Shown: piece by piece, positions 35,259 to 45,828 of the stretch
Numbering within the stretch: the first letter of the stretch is position 1
How the letters are laid out: the number at the start of each line of letters is the position of its first letter
Origin: an uncultured Burkholderiaceae bacterium
GTDB lineage: Bacteria; Pseudomonadota; Gammaproteobacteria; Burkholderiales; Burkholderiaceae_A
NCBI GenBank assembly: GCA_964442225.1
Contig: CAYTWR010000008.1
Location: 1 to 63,767 of the forward strand
Length of the DNA: 63,767 nt
Direction of reading: 5' to 3'
Program-made: the position numbers and the translations under genes
The notes under the pieces: model-generated
Database searches by the model: none
Told to the model about the DNA's origin: nothing
Seen by the model: only the letters and a program-made list of their open reading frames with translations

Positions 35259-35729
35259 ATGAGCATTTCACGTCGTTCTGTGATCAAAGCGGGTGGTGGC
35301 GCAGCACTGTTTTCCGCTTTGGCATCCATGGGGTTTTTTCAAGCCAACCCCGCCATGGCAGCCGCCTGGAAAAAAGATTGGTTTGACACCAAAAATGTGC
35401 CTGACACCCTCAAGGCCATGGGCATTGCCAGTGCGCCCAACAGCGCCGACATTGTGATCACGTCGCCCGATATTGCAGAAAACGGCGCGGTGGTTCCGGT
35501 AGGCATTGCCTCGAAGATCCCCAACACTCAAATGACGGCATTGTTGGTGGAAAAGAACCCCACCATGATGGCGGGCTTTTATGAGTTCACGCCCGATGCG
35601 ATCGCCGATGTGTCGATGCGCGTCAAGATGGGCCAAAGCTCGGATGTGATTGCGATCGTCAAGGCCGACGGCAAGTTCTTCATGGCCAAGAAAGAGATCA
35701 AGGTCACCCTGGGTGGCTGCGGCGGCTGA
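35259..35729 (+). CDS. soxY: Sulfur carrier SoxY
   Basis: Tat RRSVI, PDIAENGAVVP, C-terminal VTLGGCGG. Confidence 0.97.
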   Translation: MSISRRSVIKAGGGAALFSALASMGFFQANPAMAAAWKKDWFDTKNVPDTLKAMGIASAPNSADIVITSPDIAENGAVVPVGIASKIPNTQMTALLVEKNPTMMAGFYEFTPDAIADVSMRVKMGQSSDVIAIVKADGKFFMAKKEIKVTLGGCGG

Positions 35730-35854
35730 TCACCACGTCGGCCCGTTGGGCCTCCTCGTGATGACGGTTTTTAGTTCGTCATTGCGAGCCTGCAAAGCAG
35801 GAATGATGGTTTTTAGTTCGTCATTGCGAGCCTGCGAAGCAGGCGTGGCAATCC
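35728..35854. repeat. CGTC-type palindromic repeat cluster with 42-bp tandem duplication, between soxY and soxZ
   Basis: GATCACCACG..CTCGTGATGACGG, then two copies of ATGAYGGTTTTTAGTTCGTCATTGCGAGCCTGCRAAGCAGG (35761, 35803), ending CGTGGCAATCC. Confidence 0.85.
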
Positions 35855-35883
35855 GGCATTTGTAATATTTACAGGAGAATTAA

Positions 35884-36192
35884 ATGGCAGATCCAATGCG
35901 AATTCGTGCCCGCGCTGAAGGCGGTGCCGTTGATGTTCGAGTCTTGATGGCCCATGAAATGGAAACCGGCCAGCGTAAAGACTCTTCCGGCAATCTCGTG
36001 CCGGCGTGGTTTATTCAAGAAGTGACTTGCCAGCTCAACGGCAAGACGGTGATGACCGCCCAGTGGGGCCCCGCCATCTCTAAAAATCCTTTCCTGCAAT
36101 TTAAGGCCAAGGGCAAGGCGGGCGACAAGATCACCGTGACCTGGGTTGACAACAAAGGCGCCAAGCGTACCGACGAAGCAACGGTTGCCTAA
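35884..36192 (+). CDS. soxZ: Sulfur carrier SoxZ
   Basis: HEMETGQRKD, ISKNPF, WVDNKG. Confidence 0.97.
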   Translation: MADPMRIRARAEGGAVDVRVLMAHEMETGQRKDSSGNLVPAWFIQEVTCQLNGKTVMTAQWGPAISKNPFLQFKAKGKAGDKITVTWVDNKGAKRTDEATVA

Positions 36193-36249
36193 AAAAAGTT
36201 ATTGCGCAGCCCCTTTGTGGGGCTGACGCAATCCAACAAGGAGACAAGC

Positions 36250-37053
36250 ATGATTGTTCAACGCCTCGGGCGCATTGCGCTCGCAGCAGCACTTGGCGCC
36301 TCGTTTGCGATGCCGGTGGCTGCACAAAACGATGCCGAAAAGGCCATCGATCGTTACCGCGAGTTGCTCGCCGATGACAACCCGGCCGAGCTTTGGGAAG
36401 CCAAAGGCGCAGAGCTTTGGAAAAAAGCGCGCGGCCCCAAGAATGCATCGCTTGAAAAATGCGACCTGGGACTGGGCCCCGGTGTGGTGAAGGGGGCCTA
36501 TGTTCAGCTGCCCCGTTATTTTTCCGATGTCAACAAGGTGCAAGACCTTGAAACACGCTTGGTCACCTGCATGGAGCAGCACCAGGGCATTCAGGCAAAA
36601 GCCAGCAGCTATAACCGCGATGATCACAAAGACATCATTGCCTTGGTCGTGTATGTGGCGCAGCAGTCGCGTGGCATGCCCGTGAGTGTGCCTCAGGGCC
36701 ATGTCGAAGAAAAACGCATGTATGAACTGGGCAAGCGGATTTTCTTTCACCGCGCAGGCCCATACGATTTTTCTTGCGCGACTTGCCATTCCGAAGAAAA
36801 CAAGCGCATTCGCCTGCAGGTGCTGCCTGACCTGACCAAGAATGTGCCCGCTGGCCGTGCGTTTACATCGTGGCCTGCCTATCGGGTGTCGAACTCGCAG
36901 CTGTGGCCCATGCAAAAGCGCCTCGAAGACTGCTTCCGTCAACAGCGCTTCCCTTATGTCGAATTTGGCTCTGATGTGACGATTGCGCTTTCCAGTTACA
37001 TGGGTGTAACCGGCAAAGGGGTTCAGTCGCTTGCACCCACGATCAAGCGCTAA
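36250..37053 (+). CDS. soxA: SoxA cytochrome (monoheme type)
   Basis: NPAELW, CATCH, WPAYR, RLEDCFRQ. Confidence 0.95.
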   Translation: MIVQRLGRIALAAALGASFAMPVAAQNDAEKAIDRYRELLADDNPAELWEAKGAELWKKARGPKNASLEKCDLGLGPGVVKGAYVQLPRYFSDVNKVQDLETRLVTCMEQHQGIQAKASSYNRDDHKDIIALVVYVAQQSRGMPVSVPQGHVEEKRMYELGKRIFFHRAGPYDFSCATCHSEENKRIRLQVLPDLTKNVPAGRAFTSWPAYRVSNSQLWPMQKRLEDCFRQQRFPYVEFGSDVTIALSSYMGVTGKGVQSLAPTIKR

Positions 37054-37071
37054 GTGCCAGGAGAACTCATT

Positions 37072-37695
37072 ATGAAAAAATCACTATGGATTGCATCGGG
37101 CCTGGCCTTGGTGTTAGCTGGCTGCGCAAGCCTTCCTTCTGGCTCCGAGCTCGACAAGCAAGCGCTCAATGCCCTTAACACTTCGTTTAGCGCCAAAGGC
37201 ATTGCAAAAAAAGATCGCATCTTGCAAGACTCGGTCAACCTGGAGTGCTCCAAGGCGGAACTGGCGCGCATGGATTTGCCGCCCGAGGTGCGTAAGCGCG
37301 TCGAGTCGGAAAACATGAAGACCATCAAGTATCCGGCCGACGGCAAGTTTATGGGCGATTGGAAGGCCGGTGAGCGTCTGGCCCAAGATGGCCGAGGCAG
37401 CACCTACACCGACAAAGAAGGCTCGCCCAATGGCGGCAATTGCTACAACTGCCACCAGATCAGCAAGGAAGAAATTTCTCACGGCACGCTTGGCCCAAGT
37501 TTGTACAACTACGGCAAGCTTCGTGGCGATTCCGATGCGGTGGTGAAGTACACCTGGGGCAAGCTCTACAACGCCAAGGCCTACAACGCATGCACCAACA
37601 TGCCGCGCTTTGGCCACATGGGTATCCTGACCGAAAATCAGATGAAGGATCTCATGGCGCTGTTGTTAGACCCAAATTCACCGGTCAACAAGTAA
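37072..37695 (+). CDS. soxX: SoxX cytochrome
   Basis: LAGC lipobox, GGNCYNCH, GTLGPSL, MPRFG. Confidence 0.95.
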   Translation: MKKSLWIASGLALVLAGCASLPSGSELDKQALNALNTSFSAKGIAKKDRILQDSVNLECSKAELARMDLPPEVRKRVESENMKTIKYPADGKFMGDWKAGERLAQDGRGSTYTDKEGSPNGGNCYNCHQISKEEISHGTLGPSLYNYGKLRGDSDAVVKYTWGKLYNAKAYNACTNMPRFGHMGILTENQMKDLMALLLDPNSPVNK

Positions 37696-37703
37696 GTGAG
37701 TCG

Positions 37704-37735
37704 AAGGCCCGGCGGTTTGCCGGGCCTTTATTTTT
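37704..37735 (+). terminator. Hairpin/terminator between soxX and soxB
   Basis: AAGGCCCGGC-ggttt-GCCGGGCCTT followed by TATTTTT. Confidence 0.65.
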
Positions 37736-37765
37736 ATCAATTCATGTGTCAATAGGTATCTGAAC

Positions 37766-39487
37766 ATGCAACTGAATCGTCGCGAATTTTTGAATGTCAT
37801 GGCTGCCGGGTCGGCCGCAGGAATGTTTGGCTCTTGGGCAAGCGCTGCCAGCGCTGCGGGCAAGGGAGAAAAGCTTTATGACATCCCAAAGTTTGGCAAT
37901 GTGAGCATTTTGCATTTCACCGATTGCCACGCCCAGCTCATTCCCATTTATTTTCGTGAGCCCAATGTCAACCTGGGCATCGCTGGCATGTCGGGCAAGG
38001 TGCCGCATTTGGTGGGCGAAAATCTTTTAAAAGCCTATGGCATTGGCACCAACACCGCTTTATCGCACGCCTACACCTACCTTGATTTTGAAAAGGCGGC
38101 CAAGGCCTATGGCAAGGTGGGCGGCTTTGCGCACTTGGCCACATTGGTCAAAAAAATGCGTGCCGATCGCCCGGGCGCGTTCTTGCTTGATGGTGGCGAC
38201 ACCTGGCAGGGTTCGGCCACTGCGTTGTGGACCAACGGCCAAGACATGGTCGATGCCTGCAAGCTTTTGGGGGTTGACATGATGAGCCCGCACTGGGAAT
38301 TCACGCTCGGTGCTCAGCGGGTGGAAGAGATCATCAAAAAAGATTTTGCGGGCAAGATCGAGTTTCTTGCGCAAAACGTGAAAACGACCGACTTTGGCGA
38401 TCAAGTCTTTAAGCCCTATGTCATTCGCGAACAAAACGGAATTCCGGTGGCGGTGATTGGCCAGGCCTTTCCCTATACCCCGATTGCGAACCCGCGCTAC
38501 ATGGTGCCGGATTGGACCTTTGGCATTCAAGACGACCACATGCAAAAAATGGTCGACGAAGTCCGCGCCAAGGGCGCTCAGGTTGTCGTGGTGATCTCGC
38601 ACAACGGCATGGATGTGGATTTGAAAATGGCCTCGCGCGTGCGGGGCATTGACGCGATTTTTGGTGGCCACACCCATGATGGCGTTCCTCAGCCGGTGGT
38701 GGTGAATAACGCTGGCGGCAAGACCTTGGTGACCAATGCAGGGTCTAATTCCAAGTTCCTGGGGGTGATGGATTTCGAGGTGAAAGGCGGCAAGGTGGCG
38801 GGGTTTAAATATTCCTTGTTGCCCGTGTTTGCCAATATGCTCCCTGCTGACAAGGAAATGCAGGCCTTTATCGATAAAGTACGTGCGCCGTATAAGGCCA
38901 AGCTTGAAGAGCCGCTTGCGGTGACCGAGGGGCTGCTGTATCGCCGTGGCAATTTCAATGGCACATTCGATCAGCTAATTTGCGATGCGCTCATTGAAGT
39001 GAAAAGCGCAGAGATCTCGTTTTCGCCGGGCTTTCGTTGGGGCACCAGCATTTTGGCGGGCCAGACCATCACGCGCGAGCATGTTATGGATCAAACGGCG
39101 ATTACCTACCCGTACACCACGGTGACCGACATGAGCGGCGAGTTCATTAAGACCGTGCTGGAAGATGTGTGCGATAACCTGTTTAACCCCGACCCGTACT
39201 ATCAGCAGGGCGGAGACATGGTGCGTGTGGGCGGGCTCACCTATGCCTGTGAGCCCAATGGCAAAGCCGGTAATCGAATCTCTGACATGCGTTTAAACGG
39301 CACGCCGATTGACCCAAAAAAGAATTACAAGGTGGCGGGCTGGGCGCCGGTGGCCGAGGGCACCAAGGGCGAGCCGATCTGGGAAGTGGTCGAAACTTAT
39401 CTCAAGGCCAAAAAGCGTATTGCGCCGGTCAAGCTCAACACGCCCCGGCTCATTGGGGTCAAGGGCAATCCCGGAATTGCACTGTAA
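37766..39487 (+). CDS. soxB: Thiosulfohydrolase SoxB
   Basis: Tat RREFL, HFTDCHAQL, DGGDTWQG, HWEFT, GGHTHD. Confidence 0.97.
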   Translation: MQLNRREFLNVMAAGSAAGMFGSWASAASAAGKGEKLYDIPKFGNVSILHFTDCHAQLIPIYFREPNVNLGIAGMSGKVPHLVGENLLKAYGIGTNTALSHAYTYLDFEKAAKAYGKVGGFAHLATLVKKMRADRPGAFLLDGGDTWQGSATALWTNGQDMVDACKLLGVDMMSPHWEFTLGAQRVEEIIKKDFAGKIEFLAQNVKTTDFGDQVFKPYVIREQNGIPVAVIGQAFPYTPIANPRYMVPDWTFGIQDDHMQKMVDEVRAKGAQVVVVISHNGMDVDLKMASRVRGIDAIFGGHTHDGVPQPVVVNNAGGKTLVTNAGSNSKFLGVMDFEVKGGKVAGFKYSLLPVFANMLPADKEMQAFIDKVRAPYKAKLEEPLAVTEGLLYRRGNFNGTFDQLICDALIEVKSAEISFSPGFRWGTSILAGQTITREHVMDQTAITYPYTTVTDMSGEFIKTVLEDVCDNLFNPDPYYQQGGDMVRVGGLTYACEPNGKAGNRISDMRLNGTPIDPKKNYKVAGWAPVAEGTKGEPIWEVVETYLKAKKRIAPVKLNTPRLIGVKGNPGIAL

Positions 39488-39536
39488 GAATTTTGTCGTA
39501 ACCTGCCGTTATTGAACATTGCAAGGAGGCAGGTCT

Positions 39537-39878
39537 ATGGCAATTTCGCAACGCTCGTTCATGCGCAAGTCACTGTTGGTGTTGTGTCTGCTTGGGGCGA
39601 GCAGCGTCGCCCTGGCCAACCCTTTTTCCAAGGGCAATGCGGCCAAGGGCAAGGCGTTGCATGATCCGCGTTGTGTGGCGTGCCACAACAGCATGTTTCC
39701 CGATAAAAACGGAACCCAGCTTTATTCCGATGACATGTTTCGCAAGTCGACCAATGTGGCCCAGCTGCGCGGCATGATCGAGTTTTGCAATAACCGCACC
39801 AACAGCGGCTGGTTCGAGGAAGAGATCCAGCATGTGGGGCGGTACTTAAACGACACGTATTACAAATTTACGAAATAG
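39537..39878 (+). CDS. Small periplasmic monoheme cytochrome c
   Basis: Signal peptide, GKALH..CVACH, distal Cys (IEFC), YLNDTYYKF; start 39537 or 39561. Confidence 0.8.
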   Translation: MAISQRSFMRKSLLVLCLLGASSVALANPFSKGNAAKGKALHDPRCVACHNSMFPDKNGTQLYSDDMFRKSTNVAQLRGMIEFCNNRTNSGWFEEEIQHVGRYLNDTYYKFTK

Positions 39879-39888
39879 ATTGCCACGG

Positions 39889-40527
39889 CTACTTCACTTG
39901 CAGATCAATATTCGCAAGCAACCGCCCCGCAAAAATAATATCCAGCTCCGCCCGATCAGAGTCCTGCATCAGCTTTACGCCAGGCTGCGGTACTGGGTTT
40001 GTTTCTTTCAACGACACACGGTGCCCCGGCCACTCAAACTGCAAGGTGGCCTGCATGGGCAGATAGCCATCGAGATAGCGCCGCATCAAGGGGCCGGCCT
40101 GCAGCCGATAAGTAGACTCATCAATTCGATCCAGCGCCTTTGATTGCAGGTCAATACACACCATGGCCCCGCGTTTTACATCGCTCATGATCACGCGGTG
40201 GCCTTCTACTTCAATGGCACCAATGCCGCTGGCTTCGCGAATTTCAATGCTTTGCAGCCGCTTCGGGTTAAAGAGGATCACGACTTTTCGAATCGGGTCG
40301 AGCTGATGGTGGCAAGTCACAATCGACACCACGCCGCTCGTCAAGCTGTCTTCGCTAACGCGAACACGCGACTCGTATCGATAGGTATTGGGCTCGGGGT
40401 GGGCGGCTAGAAAACGCAATTGCCCTTCTTGGGCAATATCTGAAAATTCAAGGCTATTGGCGGGCAGTGGTGCTGCCAAGAGCGCCAGACTGAATAAGCC
40501 TGCTAGAGACAAGTGCAGTCCAAACAT
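39889..40527 (-). CDS. Hypothetical secreted protein
   Basis: 212-aa ORF with signal-peptide-like N-terminus; no recognised motif. Confidence 0.6.
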   Translation of the reverse strand: MFGLHLSLAGLFSLALLAAPLPANSLEFSDIAQEGQLRFLAAHPEPNTYRYESRVRVSEDSLTSGVVSIVTCHHQLDPIRKVVILFNPKRLQSIEIREASGIGAIEVEGHRVIMSDVKRGAMVCIDLQSKALDRIDESTYRLQAGPLMRRYLDGYLPMQATLQFEWPGHRVSLKETNPVPQPGVKLMQDSDRAELDIIFAGRLLANIDLQVK

Positions 40528-41134
40528 GATTCAGCATTGTAGGCTGCGCCTGTTCATTCGGGTGGATCCCATCGGCCTGAAACATTCTGGGGTTTTCGGC
40601 AATGCCTTCAAGCAAAAACGGCACCACGGGCGCATTGAGCTCTTTGGCCAGGGCTTCAAACAACTGGTCGAACTGACGCGCGTAGTCGGGCCCGTAATTG
40701 GGCGGCACGCGAATCCCCACAATCAAGGTCTTCGCGCCAGCTTTTTCTGCCATGGCGGCCATGCTGCGCAAATTGGCCTTGGTCTGGGCAATGGGCAGGC
40801 CGCGCAGGCCATCGTTGGCGCCAAGCTCAAGAATCAGAATTTGCGGCCGGTGTTTCTTGAGCACAGCCGATAGGCGGGCTGCGCCGCCCGCCGTGGTCTC
40901 GCCTGAAATGCTGGCATTCACAATGCGGTGGGGGAACCCTTTTTCTTTAAGCCGGTCTTGCAACAGGCTCACCCACCCCGATCCTCGCTTTAGGCCATAC
41001 TCGGCAGAAAGGCTGTCACCAAACACCAAAATTGCTGGCGGACTGGCCCAAGCCGTGGGCAGCGCGCCAAGCAAGGCTGCCGCTGCAAGCAGCGACGCGG
41101 CCAGAAAAGTTCTTCGGTTCAGGTGAGAGGCCAT
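40454..41134 (-). CDS. tesA: GDSL/SGNH arylesterase/acyl-CoA thioesterase
   Basis: GDSLSA, NASISGETT, ELGANDG, DGIHP. Confidence 0.9.
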   Translation of the reverse strand: MASHLNRRTFLAASLLAAAALLGALPTAWASPPAILVFGDSLSAEYGLKRGSGWVSLLQDRLKEKGFPHRIVNASISGETTAGGAARLSAVLKKHRPQILILELGANDGLRGLPIAQTKANLRSMAAMAEKAGAKTLIVGIRVPPNYGPDYARQFDQLFEALAKELNAPVVPFLLEGIAENPRMFQADGIHPNEQAQPTMLNHVWTALVSSRLIQSGALGSTTARQ

Positions 41135-41155
41135 AATTTTTTTAAAAGGAGTGCA

Positions 41156-41821
41156 GTGTTGATTGCGATTCAAGCCAAGGGAATTACCAAGACGGTTTCT
41201 GACAGCACAGGTTCCCTGGATATTTTGCAGGATGTTTCGCTTTCAGTGCCCCAGGGCGGCTCGCTCGCGATTTTGGGCGCCTCGGGCAGCGGCAAGTCGA
41301 CCTTGCTTGGCATTTTGGCCGGCTTAGACACGCCGACCCGCGGCGAAGTGCATTGGTTTGGCGAGCGGGTGGACCAGCTGCCTGAGGACATGCGGGCTGC
41401 GCGGCGCAATGGCGTGTTGGGATTTGTGTTTCAGTCGTTTCAGCTGTTGTCGCACTTAACGGCGCTGGAAAATGTCATGTTGCCCTTGGAGTTGTGTGGC
41501 GCAGCCAATGCGCGCAGCCGGGCGTCGGAAATGCTCGATCTGGTGGGCATGTCGGCACGCAAGACCCACTTTCCCAAAACCCTGTCGGGCGGCGAGCAGC
41601 AACGCGTGGCCTTGGCACGCGCCTTTGTCACCAATCCCAAGTTGATTTTTGCCGATGAGCCTACGGGCAGCCTAGATGCAGCCAATGGGGAAATGATCAC
41701 CAATTTATTGTTCGATTTGCGAGCGCGTCAGGGCACCACCATTGTGCTGGTCACGCATGCCCAAGAGCTCGCCGATCGATGCGATGCGATCGTGCGGCTC
41801 GCGGGTGGTCGCACCGTATAA
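41156..41821 (+). CDS. ybbA: ABC ATP-binding protein (YbbA-like)
   Basis: [24 protein letters not shown]; divergent from tesA. Confidence 0.85.
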   Translation: MLIAIQAKGITKTVSDSTGSLDILQDVSLSVPQGGSLAILGASGSGKSTLLGILAGLDTPTRGEVHWFGERVDQLPEDMRAARRNGVLGFVFQSFQLLSHLTALENVMLPLELCGAANARSRASEMLDLVGMSARKTHFPKTLSGGEQQRVALARAFVTNPKLIFADEPTGSLDAANGEMITNLLFDLRARQGTTIVLVTHAQELADRCDAIVRLAGGRTV

Positions 41822-41829
41822 TTGGCGGC

Positions 41830-44800
41830 ATGTCCTCTTTGCGCGTGTTGGCAGGCGCTTCGGCCCTGTCAGAGTTCCGGCTTGCCCGGCTTGTTTCCCA
41901 GGTTCAAAAAGTTGCTCCCAAAGCGTTGGGCTTGACCGCGCACTGGGCCTACTTGCTTGCCGTAAGCCCGAAAGCGCTCGATAGCGGTTATCAGCCCCAG
42001 CAAGACCAGCGGCTTGCCGCAATTCTCTCAGCCCATGGCCAGCATGCGGCAGCGTCAAGCAGCCGGATTCGTTTTTGGGTGGTGCCGCGCATTGGCACCC
42101 GCTCGCCCTGGTCAACCAAGGCCAGTGAAATTCTGCTTTCGTGCGGCTTGTCGCAAATTGATCGAGTCGAACGGGCGATGGTGGTGGAGATTGATCGCGC
42201 CGGTGTTTCGCAGGGCCAGCATGCAGCAATTGCCGCGGCTTTGCACGATCGCATGACCGAGTCCTGTTTTGTTGGCGAGCTGCCAGACCATGTGCTGGAC
42301 TCAAAACACTCTGCGCCGCTTTCACACATTGTTTTAGGCCCTTCGCTCGACAGCGCAATTGCTGCTTTGGGCAAAGCGAATGTTGACCTTGGGCTGGCGC
42401 TCTCGAGCGATGAACTTGACTATCTGGCCAAGGCCTATGGCGAGTTAAAGCGTGACCCGACCGATGTCGAACTTTTAATGTTCGCCCAGGCCAACTCAGA
42501 ACACTGCCGTCACAAAATTTTTAACGCTGACTTTACGGTCGATGGGCAGGCACAGGCTGAATCACTGTTCAAAATGATCCGGCATACCCATGCCGTGACG
42601 CCTCAGCACACGGTCATGGCCTATGCCGACAATGCTGCCATTCTGCATTGCGCGACAGCCAGCCGTTTCAGGCCATTGGCGGGCAAGCCGTCGGCCTATA
42701 CCAGCACCAGTGAAACGGTGCACACCGTATTAAAAGCCGAGACCCATAATCACCCCACAGCGATTTCGCCCTTTCCGGGTGCGGCCACCGGTGCCGGAGG
42801 AGAAATTCGCGATGAAGGTGCAACCGGCCGCGGCGCAGAGCCTCGGGCGGGCTTAACTGGCTTTGCTGTTTCCGCGCTGGACTTTACTGAGGCGCCGCAT
42901 TCGCCTTCGCGCATCGCGTCGGCCTTGCAGATCATGATTGACGGGCCTTTGGGCGGCGCTGCGTTTAACAATGAGTTTGGCCGCCCGAACATTCTGGGTT
43001 ATTTCCGAAGCTTTGAAATGACTGTGGGCGCAAGGCGCTGGGGCTATCACAAGCCCATCATGTTGGCAGGTGGCGTTGGGGTTATTTCCAGTTCGCAGAG
43101 CCAGAAGAAAGACATACCGGTGGGGGCCTTGCTGGTGCAGTTGGGCGGGCCGGGCATGCGCATTGGCATGGGGGGCGGTGCGGCGTCGTCCATTCAAACC
43201 GGCGCTAACCAAGAAGCCTTGGATTTCGATTCGGTGCAGCGGGGCAACCCTGAAATGCAGCGTCGCGCACAAGAAGTGATCGATGCGTGCGTGGCCATGG
43301 GCGAAACCAATCCAATTCTGTCGATCCACGATGTGGGTGCAGGCGGCTTGTCGAATGCGTTTCCTGAGCTGGTGCATGGCGCCGAAAAAGGTGGGCAGTT
43401 TGATCTGCGCAAAGTCCCGCTGGATGAATCGGGCATGTCGCCCGCAGAGATTTGGTGCAATGAGTCGCAAGAGCGGTATGTGTTGGCGATTGCGCCGCAA
43501 TCCCTAGCGCAATTTGAAGCGATTTGCGATCGTGAGCGTTGCCCCTTTGCGGTGGTGGGTGTTGCAACCGATGAAGACCGTTTGTTGGTTGAAGAGCAAT
43601 CCACGCACGCAAATCCGGTCGACCTGCCTTTATCCGTGCTGCTCGGCAAGCCGCCCAAAATGCACCGCATTGCGACACGAGAAACCGTGCCAACACGCGA
43701 AATGGATCTCTCGGGGCTCGATCTCGAATCGGTTGCCGAAAAAGTAATTTCACACCCCACGGTGGCCAGCAAAAACTTTTTAATCACCATTGGTGATCGC
43801 ACAGTAGGCGGCTTAACTGCGCGCGATCAAATGGTGGGCCCATGGCAAACACCGGTGGCCGATGTGGGGGTGACCTTGTGGGATTACCAGGGTGTGGGTG
43901 GCCAGGCCATGGCCATGGGTGAGCGTACCCCTATTGCTGTGATCAATTCTGCTGCGGCCTCACGCATGGCAGTGGGCGAAGCCATTACAAATTTATGCGC
44001 CGCTGATATTGGCGATCTCGACACGGTCAAGCTCTCCGCAAACTGGATGGCGGCCTGTGGCGAATCGGGACAAGACGCTGCGCTATTCGATGCGGTCAAA
44101 GCCTTGGCAAAAGAAATTTGCCCGACCTTGTCCTTATCCATTCCGGTGGGTAAAGATTCGTTATCCATGCGTACCCTTTGGCAAGATGAAACAGGGCAGC
44201 ACTCCGTTGTGTCGCCTGTGTCGTTAAATCTCACCGCCGTGGCGCCTGTGCAAGATGTTCGCAAGACATGGACCCCACAGGTGTCAGACACCGTGGCGGA
44301 CACCGTGTTGATTCTGGTTGACTTGGGCCAGGGCAAAAACCGCTTGGCAGGTTCGGTGTTGGCTCAGGTGATTGATCAGTTCGGCAATGAAGCCCCCGAT
44401 GTGAACGACCCCGAATTGCTGCGTTCATTTGCGGGCGCTATGCGCGCCCTGCATTCGCGTGATCTGGTGCTGGCCTATCACGACCGATCCGATGGGGGCC
44501 TGTTGGCATGTTTGTGCGAAATGGCCTTTGCGGCCCGTTGCGGCCTGACCGTGAATCTTGATTTGCTCACGATTGATCCGTTTGCCGCTGATTGGGGCGA
44601 CTTTAAGATTCGGCCCGAGCAGGTGTCGGTCCAACGCAACGAGCTCACGTTAAGAGCCTTGTTTAGCGAAGAGCTTGGCGCAGTCATTCAAGTTGAAAAA
44701 GAGCGGCGTAGCGAAGTGTTGCAGGTTTTGCGTGACCACGGACTGTCAAAGTTTTCTTATGAAATTGGCGGGCCCAATCCGCGAGACCAAATCGAGATTT

Positions 44801-45825
44801 ATCGCGACGCCAAATGCGTGTATCAGCAATCGCGCGCCAAATTGCAACAGATCTGGAGCCAGGTGAGTGTTGAGATCGCCAAGCGCCGTGACAACCCCGA
44901 GTGTGTCGCGCAAGAAGCACAGTCGCTTCGCAGTGCCGAAAAGCCTTTCGTGAACTTGCCCGCCGCCCTGGTTAACGCGGTAAAAGCGGCGCCAGCCGTG
45001 GTGGGGGGCAAGCCCAAAGTCGCCGTGTTACGCGAGCAGGGGGTTAACGGCCAAGTGGAAATGGCCGCGGCGTTTGATGCCGCGGGCTTTGAGGCCTGGG
45101 ATGTGCATATGAGCGATCTGCTTTCAGGCCGCGTACGCCTTGATCAGTTTGCAGGCCTTGCGGCCTGTGGTGGTTTTTCATATGGCGATGTGCTGGGCGC
45201 AGGGCAGGGATGGGCCAAAACCATTTTGTTTAACGATGATCTGCGCGAACAGTTTTCGCGCTTTTTTGCCGATGAAACCCGATTTGCCCTGGGGGTGTGT
45301 AATGGCTGCCAAATGATGAGTGGCCTGCGCGAGATTGTGCCGGGCGCCGACGACTGGCCTGATTTTGTGCGCAATCAGTCAGAGCAGTTTGAAGCACGAC
45401 TTTCGATGGTAGAGATTTTAGAGTCGCCCTCGGTATTTTTTAAGGACATGGCGGGTGCGGTGTTGCCGGTGGTGGTTTCGCACGGCGAGGGGCGGGCCGA
45501 ATTAAATCGTCACCGCGAGGGCGCCGCCAACCTTAACCGTCATTGCGAGCCCGCCGAAGGCGGGCGTGGCAATCCAGTCATTCGCTATGTCGATGCCGCG
45601 GGCAAGCCCACCGAAACCTATCCCGCCAACCCCAATGGCTCACCGCAAGGCCTGACTGGTTTTACAAACACCGATGGCCGCGTCACCCTGATGATGCCGC
45701 ACCCCGAGCGGGTGTTTCGCAATGTTCAGCTTTCTTGGAAGCCTGAACAATTCTCCGCCCTTGGCGAATACTCGCCCTGGATCCAAATGTTTCGCAACGC
45801 CCGCTCATGGGCCAAGTCTGCCTAA
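41830..45825 (+). CDS. purL: Phosphoribosylformylglycinamidine synthase (large form)
   Basis: [51 protein letters not shown]. Confidence 0.98.
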   Translation: MSSLRVLAGASALSEFRLARLVSQVQKVAPKALGLTAHWAYLLAVSPKALDSGYQPQQDQRLAAILSAHGQHAAASSSRIRFWVVPRIGTRSPWSTKASEILLSCGLSQIDRVERAMVVEIDRAGVSQGQHAAIAAALHDRMTESCFVGELPDHVLDSKHSAPLSHIVLGPSLDSAIAALGKANVDLGLALSSDELDYLAKAYGELKRDPTDVELLMFAQANSEHCRHKIFNADFTVDGQAQAESLFKMIRHTHAVTPQHTVMAYADNAAILHCATASRFRPLAGKPSAYTSTSETVHTVLKAETHNHPTAISPFPGAATGAGGEIRDEGATGRGAEPRAGLTGFAVSALDFTEAPHSPSRIASALQIMIDGPLGGAAFNNEFGRPNILGYFRSFEMTVGARRWGYHKPIMLAGGVGVISSSQSQKKDIPVGALLVQLGGPGMRIGMGGGAASSIQTGANQEALDFDSVQRGNPEMQRRAQEVIDACVAMGETNPILSIHDVGAGGLSNAFPELVHGAEKGGQFDLRKVPLDESGMSPAEIWCNESQERYVLAIAPQSLAQFEAICDRERCPFAVVGVATDEDRLLVEEQSTHANPVDLPLSVLLGKPPKMHRIATRETVPTREMDLSGLDLESVAEKVISHPTVASKNFLITIGDRTVGGLTARDQMVGPWQTPVADVGVTLWDYQGVGGQAMAMGERTPIAVINSAAASRMAVGEAITNLCAADIGDLDTVKLSANWMAACGESGQDAALFDAVKALAKEICPTLSLSIPVGKDSLSMRTLWQDETGQHSVVSPVSLNLTAVAPVQDVRKTWTPQVSDTVADTVLILVDLGQGKNRLAGSVLAQVIDQFGNEAPDVNDPELLRSFAGAMRALHSRDLVLAYHDRSDGGLLACLCEMAFAARCGLTVNLDLLTIDPFAADWGDFKIRPEQVSVQRNELTLRALFSEELGAVIQVEKERRSEVLQVLRDHGLSKFSYEIGGPNPRDQIEIYRDAKCVYQQSRAKLQQIWSQVSVEIAKRRDNPECVAQEAQSLRSAEKPFVNLPAALVNAVKAAPAVVGGKPKVAVLREQGVNGQVEMAAAFDAAGFEAWDVHMSDLLSGRVRLDQFAGLAACGGFSYGDVLGAGQGWAKTILFNDDLREQFSRFFADETRFALGVCNGCQMMSGLREIVPGADDWPDFVRNQSEQFEARLSMVEILESPSVFFKDMAGAVLPVVVSHGEGRAELNRHREGAANLNRHCEPAEGGRGNPVIRYVDAAGKPTETYPANPNGSPQGLTGFTNTDGRVTLMMPHPERVFRNVQLSWKPEQFSALGEYSPWIQMFRNARSWAKSA
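45508..45576. repeat. CGTC-type palindromic repeat inside purL
   Basis: CGTCACCGCGAG (partial unit) then CCGTCATTGCGAG-CCCGCC-gaa-GGCGGG-CGTGGCAATCC; encodes [17 protein letters not shown]. Confidence 0.8.
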
Positions 45826-45828
45826 GCA

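Noticed and set aside
35761-35843. Possible mini-CRISPR array
   Set aside because: Only two adjacent copies with no unique spacers and no cas genes; belongs to the dispersed palindromic repeat family
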